Origin: an uncultured virus (IMG/VR IMGVR_UViG_3300009183_004450)
Taxonomy: Duplodnaviria; Heunggongvirae; Uroviricota; Caudoviricetes
Length of the DNA: 64,000 bases
Strand: one strand, 5' to 3'
IMG/VR virus record: IMGVR_UViG_3300009183_004450
Part shown: one piece after another, positions 59,701 through 64,000 of the stretch
Layout of the letters: the number at the start of each line of letters is the position of its first letter
Position numbering within the stretch: the first letter of the stretch is position 1
Program-made: the position numbers and the translations under genes
The notes under the pieces: model-generated
Database searches by the model: none
Told to the model about the DNA's origin: nothing
The model's input: the letters and a program-made list of their open reading frames with translations, nothing else

Positions 59701-59986
59701 CAGCCATTAAACCGTATTCGTTGCGCTCATCGCCGTGCAACGGTGTACCAGCCGAGCTTTGTTTAAAGCTTGGATAACCCATTGCAGTAATTAATTCTCT
59801 TTGGCTACTATAAGCCAGTAGTTTGCCTGCTCTTGAAGCAGTAGTGTCAGCAGCTACAGTGCCTGCTGGGCTTAGTTTATCTTGTCCAGTAGCAAGAATA
59901 ACTAGTGGTACAGTTCCGACCGCGCCCGGTACGTATTGACTTTCGTCAGTGACTGTAATTTGTAAACCTGGGGATACTAGTGCCAT
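56723..59986 (-). CDS. gp18: Tail sheath protein
   Basis: SPG..DES N-terminus; WFAPAG..RG, INPI, WGQKT, DRINVARL, FEPND. Confidence 0.95.
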   Translation of the reverse strand: MALVSPGLQITVTDESQYVPGAVGTVPLVILATGQDKLSPAGTVAADTTASRAGKLLAYSSQRELITAMGYPSFKQSSAGTPLHGDERNEYGLMAAYSALGNVNRLYAIRADINLDELVGTSVRPTGAVANNTHWMDLTESAWGINEWDAVTGTFSLKSPILVTSTDDSTISSSIEVPDSDVGQIGSYAVAFNTGSNALLFYKNRSNTWVRLGTTAWQISWPTIKGTTTTAIPVASPQWTIVINGTTVSLGNTATTKTVAQVAALINAATIDGVTSAAVNGKLEIYASSLAESNGSTADGKITIANGVGTPLATLGVVAGTYANPLLTYGTFAEVPSWRSTDTVPRPSGSIFAKLGATGSGSDVVIKRYNSSTESFATLAAPFYNRAEDALYGLDPAGGGNGIAAGTVWVAYDPLRTDTGGFKPFRRRVAGQTIVTGTALSSTALTATDVIVIGVTSIGSATITEYSVTLTGSSPASFVSDVLAKNIPELNISVGTGNAITFTHIYGGDIYLTDSTGTPTVEAGFSTSTTGTIAYGTTLALTNWEALTYTFSANEPYQAPVDGTLWYYSDPATVDIMVNEIGGWRGYRNTSYYDGSATKTDARGYDLGSTDPEGVIVSASEPEYQSDGVTALVGGDLWLDTGDLENYPALYRYDGSAWGLIDNTDQVSQNGILFADARWDTDGTTDIITGSLPAVTDLIASDYIDVDAPDYRLYPRGMLLFNTRRSGYNVKQYVSNKFNANAYPDLPTSPSAGAPSSLPTIKNTWQTASGLKDNGSPYMGRQAQRRMITAAMQAAIIANTEVREEQYQFNIICAPGYPELIDEMVSLNNDRANTAFIIGDTPMRLAPNAIDIANWSNNTNGDGLATADPYLGVYYPSGQTSDLSGNTITVPASHMALRTMIYNDNVAYQWFAPAGTRRGLVDNASSIGFIDAATGEYNFNSIREGLRDTLYENRINPITNLPGVGLVVWGQKTRNGTASALDRINVARLVNYIRTILASVGNGFLFEPNDKITRDQIKNIISGAINDLIAKRGIYDYLVVCDETNNTPTRIARNELYVDIAIEPMKDVEFIYIPIRLKNPGDIAAGI

Positions 59987-60084
59987 GTTTTTATCCTTTT
60001 ATAAACATTTCTAGTATTTATAAAAGGGTTTACATTTTTAGTGGTTACAGGTGCCTTTCGAAAGGTTTCGTTATAAATAATACT

Positions 60085-60429
60085 ATGACTAGGCCACTTT
60101 GCACCGCATGTAACGGTAATCCTGCTGCTATAAACTATCACTCAGGCGACAAAATACGATATAGGCGCATGTGCGCCGGCTGTATTCGTAAAGGAAAGAA
60201 AGTAAGGACAATACCCGGATGGGTAAAAGCAGGGTATAAGAAAAAAACAATCTGCGAGCGGTGTAACTTCAAAGGAAAACTAATCAATCAGCTATTTGTA
60301 TTTCATATTGACGGAAACTTAAAAAATAACGATTGGCAAAATCTTAGATCTGTGTGTGCAAACTGCAGAATAGAATTAAACACCGGAAAAACTACTTGGC
60401 GTGAAAGTCCGCTGGTAGCAGATTTTTAA
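60085..60429 (+). CDS. HNH/Zn-finger protein
   Basis: CERC..HIDGN..NL..VCANC; TATAAATA just upstream. Confidence 0.75.
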   Translation: MTRPLCTACNGNPAAINYHSGDKIRYRRMCAGCIRKGKKVRTIPGWVKAGYKKKTICERCNFKGKLINQLFVFHIDGNLKNNDWQNLRSVCANCRIELNTGKTTWRESPLVADF

Positions 60430-61051
60430 TTTGAGTATACAGTTGTTGTACTGTTCCATTATTGTCTACAGTGTAGTTAAATGTCTGCCCAATCCAGGCC
60501 CACTCTGATTGATGTATATTGGGATACTTTTGAGGCATAAGTTGGTGTGCATCTTCTAATAGCCATTGTCTATCAGTTGGAGTAGTGTTTTCTGTTAATG
60601 CACAATCATACCATTCGGGAAGTTCTCCTCGCTGCACCCAAACACATACGCCACCTGCCTTGCGTATTGCTGCAATTTCGTTAGGAAAGCGCACATCGCT
60701 AATAACAATATCATCTACTGTTTTACGCAGTCTATTTTCCATGCTAGCAATCCAAATATCATCATGGAATCCTTGCCTGCACACTTCTGTTCCCCATAGT
60801 TGCAGCATATACCTTGGAGTAAGACGTGGCATATCTAATCGTTTGGCCCACCATGGATCCACTTGTTCGCGCCATTCACGGGCTTCGGGTGTAAGTCCTT
60901 CTAGCAGTTCACGATCCCAACCAAACACTTGTGCTACTGCATCTTTGAGTGTGCCAGCAAAACTGTCACGTCTAAATCCATGCTGTGCTACAAGATAATT
61001 GGCTGCGGTGTCTTTGCCGCTTCCAATAAATCCGGTGATTCCTATAATCAT
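60392..61051 (-). CDS. gp1: Deoxynucleoside monophosphate kinase
   Basis: GFIGSGKDT, LQLWGTE, SDVRFPNE, HQSE; TTGACT-17-TAAAAT at 61074-61102. Confidence 0.9.
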   Translation of the reverse strand: MIIGITGFIGSGKDTAANYLVAQHGFRRDSFAGTLKDAVAQVFGWDRELLEGLTPEAREWREQVDPWWAKRLDMPRLTPRYMLQLWGTEVCRQGFHDDIWIASMENRLRKTVDDIVISDVRFPNEIAAIRKAGGVCVWVQRGELPEWYDCALTENTTPTDRQWLLEDAHQLMPQKYPNIHQSEWAWIGQTFNYTVDNNGTVQQLYTQIKNLLPADFHAK

Positions 61052-61098
61052 AAAAAATGCCCCTTGTAGGAGCATTTTAATATAGTTGTGTGTGAAAG

Positions 61099-61476
61099 TC
61101 AAACACCGTACTTGTTTGTTTTCTTTTTGGCAACCGGACTTGCAGTATTTGTGCTTTTTAACTCTTGGCTTCGCATGTCGCCTTTGTTAACATCTTCGTA
61201 GTCGGCACCCACTGCTTGATAGGCTTTTTTGAGCATTTCTTGATCAAGCTGACTGTAAGGTGCGGTTACTTTCCATTTACCCACCCAGGATTCTTTATCT
61301 GTGTCAGGAACTGTTTTGCCATCTGTACTAGCAACTGCTAGTCCCAAACGATACAATGTGTAATCACTGTTCCGGTGATCACCATCAGTAAACTTGTTTA
61401 AGCCACGAGTTGGCTGCTGTTGGCGCTTTGTTATTTTGCCCGCTGATGCTTCTGTAATAACTTCGTTAATTTTCAT
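61099..61476 (-). CDS. Putative virion protein
   Basis: MKINEVITE N-terminus; coupled to the neck gene. Confidence 0.6.
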   Translation of the reverse strand: MKINEVITEASAGKITKRQQQPTRGLNKFTDGDHRNSDYTLYRLGLAVASTDGKTVPDTDKESWVGKWKVTAPYSQLDQEMLKKAYQAVGADYEDVNKGDMRSQELKSTNTASPVAKKKTNKYGV

Positions 61477-62396
61477 TATCCAATTACCCAAGTTAATGGC
61501 AGCGATCCGTCAACATAATTTTTTAGCTGCTGTTCTAGATCTTTCATTTCTGCAATGGATTCTGCTTTTAAACTAGCACCATTTAACTGTGTTCCGCCCT
61601 GCGGCCCTGCAATACTGGCAAACTTTTCTCTAGCTTCTCCAAGAATGCTTTTGGCGAATGCATAAGCGTAATCTTGTAACCAAGGATATGCCTGATAGTC
61701 ATTGAACAACATACTGTCAGGTTTATAATTGTAGATATGCAACATGCAGTCTTCCATTTGACTTTCTTGCATGTTAACGCCAGCAAAAGGTATCTTACGT
61801 ATTAGTGTAAGCTTTTTTGTGGTTTTGTTAAAGTGGAAGTTTAAGTATCCGCCAAACATTTTCATGCTCAATTTTTGATAATCTACAAATAGTTCGTAGC
61901 TTAACAAGCCACCAACTCGTCCTGCCACTAACATGTAAGTGTTTAAGTAGCCGGAACTGAACGGTTCAAATTGGCTAGCAGTTGTACCAGTTACTGATCC
62001 AATGCCCCGACGATATGCAGCACGTACTTCCATGACAGTGTTAGGCAGTATGTATTCTTGCGTTTCAGGTTTGAGTTTTAGGAATGCGTAACTTTCTTCT
62101 TGGCTGTTGCTGGCCAATTGTCTGTAGCGATTTAGTGCCTGGTCAATCGAAAGTTCGTAATGTTCTTTGTCAAGTTCCACATCAACAATGCCATCTGCTA
62201 AACGTAATCTGATATAATCAATTATGTCTTTGCGATGAGAATTATCCGTTTGTAGAGTTGGTGCAGTGGTGTCGCCCAATTCCTCAGTAGGATCGTATGC
62301 AATGTGACCCGAACCCGTGCCTGTTGCAGGGTTATATAAACTGTCTGTTATTAGTACGCCGTTAGCGTAAAATGAAGTAGTATCTGCTGTAGCCAT
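61476..62396 (-). CDS. gp13: Neck protein (gp13-like)
   Basis: LRLADGIVDVELD, LGEAREKF..GPQGG..LNG. Confidence 0.8.
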   Translation of the reverse strand: MATADTTSFYANGVLITDSLYNPATGTGSGHIAYDPTEELGDTTAPTLQTDNSHRKDIIDYIRLRLADGIVDVELDKEHYELSIDQALNRYRQLASNSQEESYAFLKLKPETQEYILPNTVMEVRAAYRRGIGSVTGTTASQFEPFSSGYLNTYMLVAGRVGGLLSYELFVDYQKLSMKMFGGYLNFHFNKTTKKLTLIRKIPFAGVNMQESQMEDCMLHIYNYKPDSMLFNDYQAYPWLQDYAYAFAKSILGEAREKFASIAGPQGGTQLNGASLKAESIAEMKDLEQQLKNYVDGSLPLTWVIG

Positions 62397-62399
62397 TTA

Positions 62400-62430
62400 G
62401 GTGTCCTAGTAATGTATTTACCAGGACACC
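62400..62430 (-). promoter_or_regulatory. 13-bp hairpin containing a late box and masking the neck-gene SD
   Basis: GGUGUCCUGGUAA-AUACA-UUACUAGGACACC. Confidence 0.7.
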
Positions 62431-62436
62431 GTGGAC

Positions 62437-63627
62437 TTAGTTGATTCGGAGCAGGATCATATCAGCGTTAATACGCCCGTTCCCGATGGTTTCTGTTGCT
62501 TTAATCTCCTCCAAGAACTTGCGTAGCTGTATTTTAGTGGCTTTTGCAAATTCTTTGAGTTTTTCGTCGGGCTTGCGTAATGTTTTGCCCACACTCTTTG
62601 CTAGGTCAAAGCCTGTTAAACTAGTGCCTTTGATGCCTAACGGTCCAGTTAAACTGTCAGCAATGTATTTGTAGAGCTTGCGTGTCTTGGTGTTATAGCA
62701 CCAGACTTCCTGTGCGCCAATAATGTCCACAGGATTAATGCTTACTAACTTCAGCGTCTTTTCTTCACGCATGTATTTGAGCTTGCCAACAAGTTTTTCT
62801 TTGTTAGGAGCACGTTTTACACGTAATTTTTTAGTTGCTTTCTTGACTCCGCGATACTGTTCTAGTGCATCCAGTACGGCATCCAAAAACGCATAGTGAC
62901 GTTTATAGTCTGCCGCTTTGAAATGTTTATAAGATTCAACATAGTCTTCAAACAGTTTGCCTTGTGCTGCGCCTAGTTCTGCTTTACGAGCACTAAACAG
63001 TTCTACAAATTTGTTAATCTGACTTTGCGGTACTGTATTAGCAGTCAAGTAATCAAATGCCTTTGGATCAACGGTTCCGCCCGATACAACTTCGTCATAC
63101 AAGCCTTCAAAGTGTGCCAAGTGCTCACTTGTTTTTTCGTTAAGTCGATCCTGGATAGTGGGTGCTCGTACTGTGGCTTTTTCAGCTGCTGGCATTGGTG
63201 CGCCAGTTGAACTTTCTACTACATCTCCGTCGTCTTGTAGCAATGCTATTTCAATACGCTCTCGAAGATAACCAAGTTCTTTTTCACGTAGCGGCATGCC
63301 TTGACGATTTGCCATAAGCAAGCCGTATGCTGTCATTGGGACTGCGCGATCTGGGCTGCGGATAAATGCACTAACTTGCTGTTTTGTATATTTGTTATCC
63401 TGCATCCATTTAACCAGATGCTTTTTTAGATCTTTTTGGCTGTAGTAATAATTGTAATACGAAAAACTTTTACGCAAGAAGTGATCAAATTCGTCCTGGC
63501 TCATTGCTGTTGCACGTTCTGTATCCCAGACTGGTTCACTCCCGGTGTACTTCTCATCAGAGAACATGGGATCTCGAGATTTTTTGGCTACTTTTTTGGG
63601 TGCCTTTACACTTTGCTGTAATGCCAT
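62437..63627 (-). CDS. Hypothetical early protein (T4-like phage type)
   Basis: 396 aa; YNTKTRKL, KTLRKP; SD AAGGAG. Confidence 0.65.
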   Translation of the reverse strand: MALQQSVKAPKKVAKKSRDPMFSDEKYTGSEPVWDTERATAMSQDEFDHFLRKSFSYYNYYYSQKDLKKHLVKWMQDNKYTKQQVSAFIRSPDRAVPMTAYGLLMANRQGMPLREKELGYLRERIEIALLQDDGDVVESSTGAPMPAAEKATVRAPTIQDRLNEKTSEHLAHFEGLYDEVVSGGTVDPKAFDYLTANTVPQSQINKFVELFSARKAELGAAQGKLFEDYVESYKHFKAADYKRHYAFLDAVLDALEQYRGVKKATKKLRVKRAPNKEKLVGKLKYMREEKTLKLVSINPVDIIGAQEVWCYNTKTRKLYKYIADSLTGPLGIKGTSLTGFDLAKSVGKTLRKPDEKLKEFAKATKIQLRKFLEEIKATETIGNGRINADMILLRIN

Positions 63628-63656
63628 TTTTCGCTCCTTGTTACTTAGAATATAAC

Positions 63657-63685
63657 ATTATACTACTCTTCGGGTTTTGTGTCAA
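63657..63685 (-). promoter_or_regulatory. Early sigma70 promoter
   Basis: TTGACA-17-TATAAT. Confidence 0.88.
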
Positions 63686-63944
63686 GTAGTGTTGCAAACA
63701 CGAGCCATTGTTGCAACTCTGCTAACTCTTGTTTACATTTAGCTAACTGTAGATTGTGTTGTATATAATTGTTCGTTCTACGGGCATCAATTTCTGCTTT
63801 ACTTAGCTCTGTTACACTATTATAAAGATTGTCGTGCATTTTGAGCAACTGGCGACGATGTTGTATATTGTACAACTCCCGTACATTACGGCGTAGTTGC
63901 TGATCTAGCAACGCCCAGTCGTCTAAAGAGTTAAATGCATTCAT
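63663..63944 (-). CDS. Hypothetical coiled-coil protein
   Basis: Start re-assigned to MNAFNS, at the expected +1 of the promoter. Confidence 0.6.
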   Translation of the reverse strand: MNAFNSLDDWALLDQQLRRNVRELYNIQHRRQLLKMHDNLYNSVTELSKAEIDARRTNNYIQHNLQLAKCKQELAELQQWLVFATLLDTKPEE

Positions 63945-63951
63945 AACCATA

Positions 63952-63980
63952 ATTATACTATTTTTGGTATTTACTGTCAA
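63952..63980 (-). promoter_or_regulatory. Sigma70 promoter with a nested late box, apparently leaderless
   Basis: TTGACA-17-TATAAT; TAAATA in the spacer. Confidence 0.8.
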
Positions 63981-64000
63981 ACTAAATACTAGATACGAGG

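Noticed and set aside
190..63689. Many short opposite-strand or nested ORFs in the track (e.g. 190-480, 9011-9361, 49042-49509, 49822-50388)
   Set aside because: Shadows of well-supported genes; no RBS or motifs
1..64000. CRISPR array, reverse transcriptase/DGR/retron, integrase or IS element
   Set aside because: No spaced direct repeats and no RT, integrase or transposase motifs seen by eye
1..64000. Stop-codon reassignment as in some large phages
   Set aside because: Core genes are full length in the standard code, and TAA, TAG and TGA all end genes at sensible positions

Overview
A 64 kb, gene-dense, AT-rich segment of a large T4-superfamily-like myovirus (probably a jumbo phage of a Gram-negative host), standard genetic code, mostly on the minus strand. 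It carries replication/recombination genes (UvsW, UvsX, UvsY, gp32, dNMP kinase, a miniature DnaE-like protein), morphogenesis genes (terminase, neck, sheath, tube, head completion, tail fibre, a block of low-complexity putative internal head proteins) and one tRNA(CAT). The accessory load is large: a ~13 kb divergent glycan-biosynthesis locus (ADP-heptose module, GT9/GT17/GT34-like transferases, methyltransferases, split transketolase) and five radical SAM enzymes. Sigma70-type early promoters and T4-like late TAAATA boxes are readable. The most unusual signals are: (i) a 3'-UTR hairpin whose loop is antisense to the ribosome-binding sites of the phage's own early genes, (ii) a 192-aa minimal family-C polymerase core, (iii) two short peptide motifs shared by unrelated putative head proteins, and (iv) a glycosylation pathway under late-type promoters. 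All calls come from motif recognition by eye; no database searches were run.
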